DNA of 63,308 nucleotides, the filler included, from Choristocarpus tenellus KU-1152 (lineage: Eukaryota; Protista; Phaeophyceae), in the NCBI GenBank assembly GCA_964200185.2. It is 10 parts of 10 records of this genome, joined end to end, with 100 filler letters (N's around TTAATTAATTAA, not from the genome) between each part and the next. Parts side by side here need not be neighbours in the genome. Positions count along the whole stretch, not along the records: positions 39,529 to 43,839 come from CAXNAD020015169.1; positions 43,940 to 50,791 come from CAXNAD020007215.1; positions 50,892 to 56,424 come from CAXNAD020010498.1; 7 more parts are not named here. One strand, written 5' to 3'. Below, one piece after another: positions 40,890 through 53,029 of the stretch; the stretch's first letter is position 1, and the number at the start of each line of letters is the position of its first letter. Below the pieces are notes generated by a model. It saw only the letters and a program-made list of their open reading frames with translations, did not search any database and was not told the origin of the DNA. The position numbers and the translations under genes are program-made.

Positions 40890-41850
40890 CTTGTCTGTCG
40901 GTGAAATGCGAATAGTTGGCACTCCATCAATGAAGCTGGCACTCTACACCTCGAAAGTCTTCCATGACAAAAGTCACCTCATCGCTAGCACTGAACATCC
41001 CACCGTACCTGGAATGGTCCCCGGCGTTCCATGCCCAATTCTGTTTTCATCGTTTGTCTCCTTGCGGCCTCCATTTGTTACTTGATAGACCGTTCCACAA
41101 CCCTGTTGCTCTGTGGGGTGTGTGTGGTGGGGACTTCCTTCATTGAAATCCCGTTGTTCGCTAGCATGCATTGGCATCGAACTGATTTCCCAAGTTCCTT
41201 GGCACCATCCCCATTATGACGCACTTCACAACCAAACCTTCTCGAGTCATCTCGTCAATGTAGGCAGAGGTTGCATTTCTCGCTGCGTCTCTGGTCGTCC
41301 TTAAGCAATACATCCGCTTGTCCCTGCTCCTCTCGTCAGCACATACCTGGAAGTACTTATCATCCGCGACGAATAGTTGGAAGGGTCTCGCGAGATCCAT
41401 CGGTATAGCTTCACCAGGAGCTGTGTTTGTCCGATTTGTACTCCTTGCACATCATGCATGTCATCTCGGAGACCACCATATAGCCTCTGTGACCTTCAAC
41501 AATCCACGCTTTTCCAAATGTTTATGACTGATGGATTGATGTGCCCCAGTATATTGTGCCAGTTATGAAGTATTAGCTTCTGACTCTTCTTGACAAATGA
41601 CCCATTTCCCTTACTCCCTTTGCGTCCACGTTATCCTTGAGTTGCAGAAATTCCCTGATATCTCCAACAGATTTATTTGCGGATGTTGAAATATTCCCCA
41701 CTGAACCCGAGGTTAAGATGATCAATCGTGTGCCTTGGTAGAGGACAATAAGTAGCTTGGTGCAAATATATAATGTTAGTGTTACAAGGGGCTTGTGGTC
41801 TCAAGTCCACTGACTGAACTTTTGGGACTCACAATTCGTGGCACCCATTT
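40890..41850 (-). mobile_element. Decayed Ty1/Copia pol remnant (GAG-pre-integrase plus integrase core)
   Basis: Across frameshifts: WHNILGHIN, DLARPF..KYFQVCADERSR..YCLR, GLVVKCV and SPPHT/PQSNRVVERSIK..EAAR. These correspond to the Copia WH.RLGH, DL.GP..Y...VDDYSR and TPQQNGVAER motifs. Confidence 0.78.
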
Positions 41851-42902
41851 ATATTCCTATAGTGTGAGGTTTGCAGATAGGTAGATGGCGCATCTGCCTA
41901 GATATTTTATAACCATCCCCCCAGCTCGTGTCCTGATTAGAGCCTCACTGTATTCATAGCGTCTCACTATAATCCCCCTTTTCACACACAATTCAGCAAA
42001 AGCTATTTCTGTGGTTGTACAAAATTACATATTTTTGCACTTTCTCAGGATCCTAAAAATGCAAACCCTGCCTATCTCTCTTTTGGTTTGACTCTACCCA
42101 CTCTCCAAACTATGTCGTCTAGCCGTCATGCTGACACCGTCAATACAGTAGGTCCAATTGGTTACCTCCAGTCCGACAGACAAGGCACACGGCTCTACCA
42201 GGGATTCCACACATGTAGTGCCAGACGGGGTGCGTATCTCGCTGTACGGATGAAGATGAAACATATGAGGCAAAAAAAATTGCAAGTCAATATTCCCAGT
42301 GTCCCTCGCAACACCAACAATGGGCAAAAGCTAACCCTAAAACTACGACACAACCTTCCATCATGCTTAGACGCAACTATGAATTTACTGTAATGATCAA
42401 GTGTTGTTTGAAGGAGTTGCACTAGCTTCGTGAACGGTTCATACTTTTTGGTTACCTGAAAATGCCACTCGGTCAAGCGACCTCAATGTGCTTCTCAAAG
42501 TCGATGTGTTTCCGCTCTATACCATACGTCATTGCACCGTCTCCTATAATGCTCTTCCTCAACCCATGGGCTTTATGGTGTGACTAGACTCACCAGGAAC
42601 ACTGAACAGAGGGGGTTCCACCCTCAAAGACATTATCAAGGGGAACCTAATGTTCAGCTTTTGGAAGAGGTGTATGTTTGGCCAGGCTTGTCGCTGGCCC
42701 AGTTTAGATGTATGATTAGCCCTGTGTTCAGTTAAGAGAGGGGTGTATGATTGTGTCGCCTGCTTAGCCGGAACTGCCCCGCCACAAAAAGTCCCCAAAC
42801 TCACCCATAAAAGTGTCGATACATTCGTCAACCTAGTCTACCAAAAGGAGGACAGAAAAAATATTTCGTCAGGCCCATGAGATTGCATTATCTTTTCACT
42901 TT

Positions 42903-43445
42903 TTGGGTCTACTTCCCGATTGTGCGTATGTGGAAACACCCCGTAACATAGACGCAAGAGATCTTATCACTACATTTGACCCTCTACGACAAGAGACCCA
43001 CTACATGTTCCACAAGACGAATGTGCAGGAGGATACTCGATATTTTACTGTTCCCTGCTATGATGGACATTTTATCTACCATATATACTCTACAAGTAGG
43101 TATGATTCTCCAGGGCATAAACGTCCAATGAGGGATTGGCGCAACTTGACTGATAGGTTTCTTCGAAACTACATTGGCATTTCGAAATGCTGCAGGGCTG
43201 AACACGGTCGGCACGACCCTGATAATAACTGGTGTTGTTTCACAGTTTCGGTTACCGTGTGGGAAAATATGGACGGTTTATTTGCATTTCCTACGATCAG
43301 AAATCTGCAACTGACCATTGGAACTATGGAGACAATAAAAATGCACTCATTCCTATATAAAGTGGTACCAGTAGCTTCGCCCTCTGTGACAATCTTGTTT
43401 TTTTCACTATATCGCCACAACAGTTACGCAACAATATATACATAA
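42903..43445 (+). other. Intronless 180-codon ORF of unknown origin
   Basis: The longest unexplained ORF in the window; protein-like composition; no family firmly recognised. Confidence 0.25.
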
Positions 43446-44475
43446 AATGAAAGCTCACGACAAGAGCCTTTGAAGGTTTGTATCCATGAACGTCCATGCT
43501 TCGGGAAAAGGGAGCCATGTCCCGATCAAATCATGGCAAAAACGCGAGGAACATCTCCGGCGCAATTTTGAAGGACATGACTTGAAAGCGGACAAAAATG
43601 AAGTGGTTGGCTGAACTCCCCGCAAAAACCTGATCGGGGGTAGGTCGCCGCCCAAGTTTGGCGCGTGTGACGATACCGAACCCCCCCCCCAAGAATTGTG
43701 GACATCTTTTTAGCACCATTAGCCGACTTTCTGTGAGCACACATACGCATGACGCACACAGGAACATGAACCATGACGGTGAGACAAGGAGAACCGATAA
43801 GGCCACTCTGCCCCCTGGATCTACCCCCGGCACCTTCTGNNNNNNNNNNNNNNNNNNNNNNNNNNNNNNNNNNNNNNNNNNNNTTAATTAATTAANNNNN
43901 NNNNNNNNNNNNNNNNNNNNNNNNNNNNNNNNNNNNNNNAAAACAAAAAAAAAAAAAAATATAACATAAATTATTGCCCCCCCACCAAAAAAAAAAAAAA
44001 AAAAAAACACCCCCCCCCCCCCACACACACAGATACTTTGACCCTGAAATGAATTGAGCTATTTGTGGGTAGGGAACAGAGGGGGCATGGGACATACCCC
44101 AATATCTATGTATACCAAATCTACCAATATATATATGTATGCATATACAAATGAACAAAAGAGTGTCTGCATGGAAGCATCACTATGAAACCGCAACACC
44201 TAAAACAAGGAAAAAAAAATTATCTCCCGCTAACAAACAGAAACTTCCGGACATGCCACATCGCAAAATATGAGGCATTATACAAATCATTAAAAAAATC
44301 TCAGGACTGAGACGTTCCAAAACAATAGCATACAGTCGTCTTCATATCAAAGGTTCAGACCATTCAGGTTAAACAGAAAAATAAACAAGGACGCAAGCAC
44401 GGAGTCGTTGAGGAAAAAATCAACTGCGTGTATGTACCACATCCATTCCAGTTGTTGTTACTATATCCGCATTAC

Positions 44476-47400
44476 CTCTTGAATAATCTCCTCAATGATG
44501 TCTTCCAGCGTTATTATGCCGACTGGCTTTGCAGCCCCCTCCAACCGGACACCACGTTTGAGCGCCTCGAGGGTGACGCCTGGTGAAGGGCTGCCATCAA
44601 GCAGAGCAAGGGACACCGAGATCAGAAAAACAAAAACAAAAACAAGACAGAATAAAAATAAAACATTTTTTTTTTTACAAAAGGTTTCCCGTCACTTGCA
44701 CAGGAAACTATAGATCAAAGGCCAAGCAAGACAGAGCGGGTGGGATACAGGACAAGACAACGCTTGTACCAAACATTACCCCACGTCCACAAGATTTGCT
44801 CAAAATAAACTATCTCTCATTCTAACGTAGATATGATATTACCTGATTCTAAGTATTCTATGCCGTGCTGGTTTCACCCCAATGGCAGCCCTTACAACAG
44901 GGGTATGAGAAAATGCCAAAACTAAGGAAGGCGTTTGACTGTGATGTTAGAGTGCAATACCAGTATCTAAAAAAAACCCATCTTAGCCACACCAAGGGCA
45001 TCAGAAACCAACCCGCTCTATGTTTTAAAAACAACCACACACGGTGAGGTTTGTAGAGAAATTTGTGTTTGGTTTAGGGATGATTATGACAGCCTCTTAT
45101 GAGCAGAGCACATGGACATCATCACAACATGATACCAAGCAGAGAGTGATGGAGTGATGCCAATAGCAGTCATAATACCAATCATTATCACCATCACCAT
45201 CATTATCATTATCATTATCACCATCATAGTACAAAAAAACAAAACAGATAAACTCCCCACTCACCCCCTCAGCCTCAGCTCAAATCAAAACTGAGACTAA
45301 AAAAAATGTAATACTGAACACAGTAACACAGTAACACACACACAGATTAGTACCTGACCAAAGCCAGGTGAGACTTTCCAGTTTGGAATATATTCAACAG
45401 CTCCAGCAGGCTGGCATGAGGTGACACCACCACAGGAAGGCGTAGCACAAGCGAAGATATTTCCCTCCTGTCATCAGGATCAAGGACAATCAGCTTCTTC
45501 ACCTGGACGGGGGAGATCGTAAAAACAGGTGGGAAACATCTTTTTTTTTTATATTGGTACAATGAAAAATAAAATTAAAAAGTAGTAGTACTTCAATACA
45601 CAGACACTTTCAGTCAGAAATACATACCTGGAGGTATCCCCTAATATCTCTAGTGTCCTCCCCTTCATATATGAGCACCCTGCTGTATCCAGCCGCCATT
45701 ATGTCTGCCATGGTGTCTGAATCCAACCTGTCCACTGTGCTGAGGCAGAACACCTATTGACCATATTTATATATATATTTATAAATAAAAAAGTAAGACG
45801 GTCAAATGATGATGTCATCACACCATGCCTACACCATATACAAAAATTAAAATTCCAAGAGTCCGGGAAGGGGAAGCAGTATATATTTTTTCCATCAAAA
45901 ACAGACATAACATTTCTTTTTTTTAATTGAATGGTACAACACATCACGTTCACTGAGCCAAGCCAACCAACAATCATCAGAATTGGACCTTTGGTGCACC
46001 CATCATTTTGTAGTCAAGTAGTCAAGGGAGAAATGACTCAAGAAACAAGTACAGCGAACAACAGGAGATACAAATTGTAGCAGCTACTAAGAAAGCAATA
46101 GTCGCTACAAAATTGGCAGTTACACCCCCTCCTCATATCCATAAATCATTGTAACGTAGTGTAGAACAACCTTAGCGTTAAGAGCAAGGGATACGACATA
46201 GAGCTAGGACTGAAGCAACATCATCACAATCGATTAGTCAACCCTCCTCTTTTAATGAAAATATCAGGACTATGTGTACGCAATGAGATAGATCAACTTC
46301 AAGCCAGCAGTGTGCCTTCATCTCTTTTGAGTGCACTATGATTATTTACGTACAGTTACATCCCATCATATTCCATCATATTCCATCATATTCCATCCTA
46401 TTCCATCTCGTTCCATTACATACACGAATAATTGAGTGCCACAAAAAAAAAAAGTGTATCAGTTAAAAATATATACACTCTACCTGTTATCCATCCCCCA
46501 AAATCAAAAGGAAAAAATGTTATTATTGTAAATAGTATTTCTGGTTTTGAGGTCAGACTTACTGATTATAGTGTCTCACATTATAGGGCATGGGTGTAAA
46601 CATCCTTCAACAGTACACACACACACACACACCAATACAGACTAGTCAACACTTGCACTCACACCTTGCCCATTGTAATCATAGCTTGTGAAACACACTT
46701 CTCCGCTGTTTGCAGCACGCCATTTACAATAGCAACCTCATCTGGGTGCTGCCATGAGTAGCATGCAGGTTGGGGAGGGGTAAGGGGAGGGGTAGGGGGG
46801 TCAGGTACAGCCATGCATACATACTTACATACATATACAAGTTATGAATGGAAAGGAATGATGCACTTCTTGGAACCATTGCGAGCAGAGGATAAATTTA
46901 TTTGGAGAGCCTTAACCTTCCAGAACAAAGAAACAAAAATAAAAAACAAAGGGACTTGTGTGCAAGACATCACTGTACCATAGCAAACAAAAAGACTAAT
47001 TACAACAATGAAAAAAACCCAGTGTGTAGCGGAATAACCTCACCTACTACTAGGATCAGGATTTTACAGTAACCCAACACTAACACACGAGGTGCCAATA
47101 ATTAGAAAAAAATACTATCATTGCATTGGAGAGGAAAAAAACTCTGCACCGACTCTATTCAAACAAGTGTAAAATAATAAAAATGAAGATACAGAGGAGG
47201 TTAAAATGCGGAACAGTTTTTCATGGGGTGCGAATCACTTGATAACTTGTCTGATACTTCTCCAAGCATGTGTTTTCTGCATGTTTATTTTCTTAACATT
47301 ATATTTGTCTTCCTATATGTGTTCCGATTTCCCTCTAACGAATGGGGGTATGTAAGAAAGGGCAAAGAATGCTTAGAAAATTTAAACAAAATTAATTACT

Positions 47401-50400
47401 GAAAAAAAGAAGTGATCAAATGGGAAGAAAAGTTGAGGTAAAACTTCGAACAAACAAAAAAAATCAAGATCAATAAAGTTCATTTCAAAATACTAAAAAG
47501 TAGACTTTTTTAATTACAAAAAAGAACCAAATTCAATATTTTCAAAACTAAATGTACTCGAAAATTGATGTGAGATGATCAACAACAAAAAGTAAGAACA
47601 ATTCTAAGGGGATTATTTTTTAAAAAGAAAACGGTTCCAAAATTCCATAGCATTATAAAAAAAAATTAAAGTGGTAACGAATAATAATCTCTTTGTCACT
47701 ACCACTACCACTACCACCACTACACTATTGTGAAGGAGGAATCACAGATGGTCACACAGCAATCTAAAACTCAAAAACTATATTTCTATTCAAAAAGGGA
47801 AAAAAAAAACAAAAATAAGTAACTTACCAATGGCTGAGTCTTGATATCGTTGGTAGAAAGCTCCTGCTGCACCTCCATCAACGCTCCAATCTCCGCACGG
47901 TTGTATCTCTTGAGGCCCTCTATGCCCAGCACACGGTCCTGCAAGAAAGACATAACGAGGTGAGCATTATTATAATTATAATTATAATTATTATTGTATT
48001 ACTATTATTATCACTGTTGTTGATACTACTTTTATAGTCACCGTCATCATTACTACACTATTATTGCCATTGTTTTGAAAAGGGGCCCCCCATGCGATGC
48101 AATTACAAGATAAACAATCGGAAAATATGTGCAGATATATATATAGATACATAATATTAATTTATTGTATTATATATATATATATATTTGTATCTACAGG
48201 ACATGATATCAATATTCCAAGCAAAAAGTACAACCCAGTCCTGTACTGCCTATCTTCACCATCGTTTTTCAACATTTCACATACAGCCCGACCCACAAAT
48301 TGCTCAGAGTGAAAGTATCTTAGAGGGTACGAATTTTTCCCTATTTGTCCATTTGGGGCTTGGCTTCCCACGGGTTTCTAAAGACTTTTTCCTACTCCGA
48401 AATGTTATGAAAGAGTGTGTTCAGAACAAGGATATTGACACTTCCTAACACACACAATAGCCAAAAACACATCAAAATCGCAACATTGTATTTTGGCCCC
48501 CAAACGGACGCGGCTCTACCCTAACCCTAAGATACTTTGACTCTCACTCAAACTGGTGCCAAACAGAGTAAGTATAAACAAAAGTGGTAACAAGCGCTCA
48601 CAAGCATTTTTTTTTTTGTGGTAGTTCATAGCGCGACAGGAACGTAATGTGAAGCCGACGCACACACGGTACAAAAAAATAAATAAATAAATAAAAATTA
48701 TTATTATATTTATTTTGTACTTCGAAGTATTATCAACAATAATAATAATAGCATGAAGTAGAGTTACAAATGCACGCTGAGCTAGTGGGGTGATAGCCAA
48801 AGGACTAAGGGATGGGTATCACCCCCGGCCACTTAATTTTTCATATGGTGATATGCCACTGTACTAGCTATTGGGGGGTAGTCAAGTGTGGTATCTCGAT
48901 GTTTTGCATATTTAACTCTTTAGTAATCCTAGCGAGTTTAGGGTTAGGGTTGGGGTTGGCCCTAGTATTACATTTCAGCAACGCTCTTGAGTTTGGTGTT
49001 GTGGGAAATAGACAATTAAGGGTGTAAATAGTTAAATAACAAGACATTGAGATTTGTAAGGGTTAGATTTCGTAATTGATATCAACAGCAAGTTTTTGAA
49101 AGTTTGGTGTGCTAGGGATAGAATGAAGTCAAAATACTAGCAATAGGTGTTGTAGCATATTGTTTATACATACATATATATAAAAATTTCTTTTGTATGC
49201 CTGGAGCAATCAGCCCGAAACACATAACTTTGTAGCAATTGATTGTTGTCATGTGTGTGGGGGGGGGGGAGGAATAATAGGTGCTGGGAAGCACACGGAC
49301 ACTACCGGTGGAGCTCCAAATACAGTTTGGGGTAACTGTTACAATTCACTAGTGGCATTGAGTGATAAGCAAGCATATCATACATGCGTTTTGTCATCCC
49401 GTAACCGTTATCATTACTATTCTGTTCTACGTCACACCTGGTAGATACACAAGGGCAAAGTGCAGCACTACATACTTATAAGTGCATTATTCGGCGAGGA
49501 TATTCCCCAGTCGATCCCCCATGTGCATCAATCAAAGAGTAGGGGTTAAACATCGATGGCAGTGTAGACAGTCCTAATCTGATATCCAATACGCCATCCG
49601 AGGAAACAAACTCTTACAGGGCGCACTCATCATCACGCCGGGATAATGTGAGAACAGAGCGTGTCATTTAATCACTGACTCGACACATTGCAGATGATTT
49701 TAGGACAGACTTAAGCAGAACCAAACCCAAAGGGAGTTCATTCAGAGAACGACAGCTTCACAGTAAGTTCTACGCCGATTTCTCGAAAAAAATATATAAA
49801 AAATCAAAAACTGCTGTGAAGCAATAAAAAATATATATAAAATAAAAAATGGTAGAGCTGGCAAACACCCTAATGCTTGGAGGATCGGGGCTCGTATATA
49901 ATGAGAGCAAAATAATGATTTGGAAGGTTATTTCTTGTTCAAAGATTTGTGCAGGGTTTTTTTCTTAAACAGCATGATTTGTAAGGCTAGAGATAGGGCT
50001 GGAATCTAACGAGAATAACAGCAATGTTTCAAAAAAATAAAATATTTAAAGAGTGTTGTATGTTTCAAAAAAACATTCTTTCTAAGGGTTGGAAAGTTTT
50101 GAAGGAGGGTTAGTATTAATAGCGTGTGTCATAGTACAATATTTATAAAAAATAAAATAATAGCTCAGGGTTAGGGTTATATGTGGTTACTATTAATAGC
50201 AGATCGATCATTTAGGGCCATGTACGATTACTATTAATCAAAGATCACTTACTTAGGTTTAGGCTTGTACAATTACCTAGTACTAACAGTTAAATAATTG
50301 GGGTTAGGGCTACGTACCACTGCTATTAACAATACCTTGCTTAAGATTAAGGTCATGTGCTAGTGCTATTTATAATAGCTCAGTTACTCGGGGTTAGGGG

Positions 50401-50700
50401 TCATGTACTACTACCATTAATCACAACTCAATTACTTAGGGTTAGGGCCATGTACTAGTATCATCATTAACATTAGGGTTAGGGAATACTCACCAGCACC
50501 CAGGCGATAGGCCAAGCAAGAGGAGCCAGTACGGTCATGAGTATGAAAACCAGCCACGCCATTCCAGAAGCCATAGCCAACTGATTCCGGCCAGTGAAAA
50601 CAGCGGAGGGTAAAATCTCCCCAAAGAACAGCACCAGGGACACTGACAGGATCACCGCTAGCCAGGTAGGAACCAAGTTATCCAGAAAGATCGGCAACGC
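44476..50700 (-). CDS. CNNM/DUF21-CBS domain metal (Mg2+) transporter-like protein (internal exons)
   Basis: Phase-consistent exons 50700-50494, 47938-47828, 46748-46665, 45753-45628, 45502-45354 and 44590-44476 give ALPIFLD..LVLFFGEILPSA..AWPIAWVLDRVLG..DEVAIVNGVL..AGYSRVLIYE..FQTGKSHLALV..GIITLEDIIEEIIQE. Confidence 0.94.
48307..48543 (+). mobile_element. MITE family A, 237-bp copy in a CNNM intron, TSD TCA
   Basis: gagtgaaagtatcttagagggta ... taccctaaccctaagatactttgactc, with tca on both flanks. Confidence 0.92.
50160..50484. repeat. Degenerate ~45-bp tandem repeat anchored on (T)TAGGG motifs
   Basis: Recurring pattern ttagggttagggYcatgtac..tactattaat..cagttac, about 7 diverged units. 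Confidence 0.7.
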
Positions 50701-53029
50701 CTGCAGAAGGTGTGAGAGAGTGGAAAACTGTTTAAGAGGGGGGGGGGGGGGGGGGGAAGCTTTAGTCCCTTTCTTGGTTGGTGGGTGTCGTNNNNNNNNN
50801 NNNNNNNNNNNNNNNNNNNNNNNNNNNNNNNNNNNTTAATTAATTAANNNNNNNNNNNNNNNNNNNNNNNNNNNNNNNNNNNNNNNNNNNNAAACACAAA
50901 AAGGGGAGGAGGGTGGGGGGTGGTAGGTTCAAATTTGTGTTTCTTAAGGAAAAAAGGTCTGGAGGGTAAAAACAAACGGCTAGATGAGTGGTTATAAGCC
51001 GAATGGTTTCTAGCTATTCCATAGGTGCAATTGTCAATTCCCTACCCTGTTTTCTAACCCTCGATCTTCCTAATATACAGAGTAGAGTGAAAATGGTCAT
51101 GGCATGGCTCAATCAACACCAAGCTTCTTTGCCCCAATTTTTTGTGTATGAGGAGATGACTGTTATTAACGTGCACATCCAGTAGCTTGAGTCAGAACAC
51201 ACAAACACATTCACAGACTTTGTGGAACCATACGCAACAGCATTACCACCATTCTTCACGAAAAGTTGGATTTGTCCAATCTAGCAACCGAAGTAGCGGC
51301 ATTTCTAATGCGTACACTAGTTAGGTCAGCTTTTTATGGGAAAAAAATACCATTAATTTTGTAGGTGTGAACACATTAGCATGGCTAAAATGACGCATGG
51401 ATTGAACATTTTGGACCGTAACAGTTCACTGAGAGGACATGAGTAAACACGAGCAGACAAGAAGGAAATCAACCTTCACTTGTGGGGACAATCCTCGGGA
51501 ATGGCTGATCTAATCACCCTTCACCTTCGACCATAACTTGCTATCCCTGCATCGATCAAATCTCCAAAAGGTTGGACATGGCCAGTAAGCCACCTGAGAC
51601 TACAAGAAGGGAATATGACTATTCTCAATGCTTAGCACAGGCAGCTCTCATTAACAGTTGTTGAGTCTCTCAACCCTTACCCTTCAAGATGTAAACATGA
51701 TTGCAACTGGCAGAAAAATCGACAGTGTAGTGTGCATACCTGAATGCCTTCTCATACTATCTCAGCTTCAATAACCTAGTGTTCAAAGCAAAGAGAAATG
51801 ACCTGGCCTACATGTTAGCCTATCGCTAGAACATGAGCAGTGCCTGAATGATAGTAGGGACTCCTTTGATTTTCACCCTCCAATTGACTGCCTTGGTGTG
51901 TTCTCAGATGTTAATTCGTAAAGCTATTTTTCTTGCCAGCACCAGACCTAGGCCACCTCAATATTGAAAAAAACAGTATAAAGTGGCAATAATCTAAGAC
52001 CATTCAATACATTGCAAGTCCCATCTAGGCACCATACACATAAATGCGCTTCAATGCTGTTAGACATTGAAACATCAACAAAATGAGAAGAAAACGATGT
52101 ACATCAAATTCATCATCGAAGGTCATGCCTCTCATCATTATCAGAAACCTACCGAACACCTCCTTGATAATCCATTGAAGTTCCTTCGCACACTTGGTAT
52201 CTTGCAGAAATAGTATAGGTTGCACGAAACCAGAACCAAGATTATGTTCACTAGGACAACCCCTGCCAGAGACGAAACTTCCACAGGTTCACTCAGTGAA
52301 TCATCTGTTTCCACTGAGGCTAGGGTGCAATCAATTGTACTGAAATTCCAAGCAAAGCACAGGGGGCGGCAGGTGCAGAGAATGAATAGAGGGAAAGAAG
52401 ACATTTCGATCAAATATATCTATTGCAGCAATCAAGTGCGGGAGGATGGCTGCAGGTGTGTGATATAGAATGTGTGAAGAGTCAAAAGTTCAATGGAGGC
52501 ACTTCAACTTGCAAAACTTTTGAAAAGTTCTAATCCCAAATCATAGTCATAAGTAGATATGTACTATTCCCAAGTACCAATCTACTCTCTCCTACCAGAC
52601 TAAGGGCAGCATTTACTGTTCACCACGGCAATTATTGAAACAATACAATGGAAGAGACACGAGCATTTACCAGCTTTGCACAATACTAACAATTACTACT
52701 GTACGACCTCCAAGAATCCAATCAGTCAGAAATATACTATAAATCTGCCTTACATTTTACAATTAGAATGATTAGTTTATCACATTTCGTTTTCTGGCGT
52801 TTAAATCAGAAACCTTATGCCCAAAATAAACATCTTCGTCCAGCGCTTATACTCCATCTGTCCCGTGCATCTTGGCCATAAATTCATGGCTCTTTGAAAT
52901 AACATCCAGTTACAAAACTAACCTTTGCATTTAATTCCTTGGAATATTTTTCATACAAAATTATATCTCGAATTTATTCGAAACAGTCAACCTACCAATC
53001 CAGGGCTGCTGCTGAGGCTGCTTGATCTA

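Noticed and set aside
48781-48830. Hairpin followed by CTAG on the minus strand (Helitron 3' end)
   Set aside because: No AT target context, no second copy and no 5' TC end identified.
52220-52468. IQ-motif-like ORF (FQAKHRGRQVQR) and other exon-like pieces in contig 50892-56424
   Set aside because: No phase-consistent gene model on either strand; the purine-rich stretch could equally be a minus-strand polypyrimidine tract.
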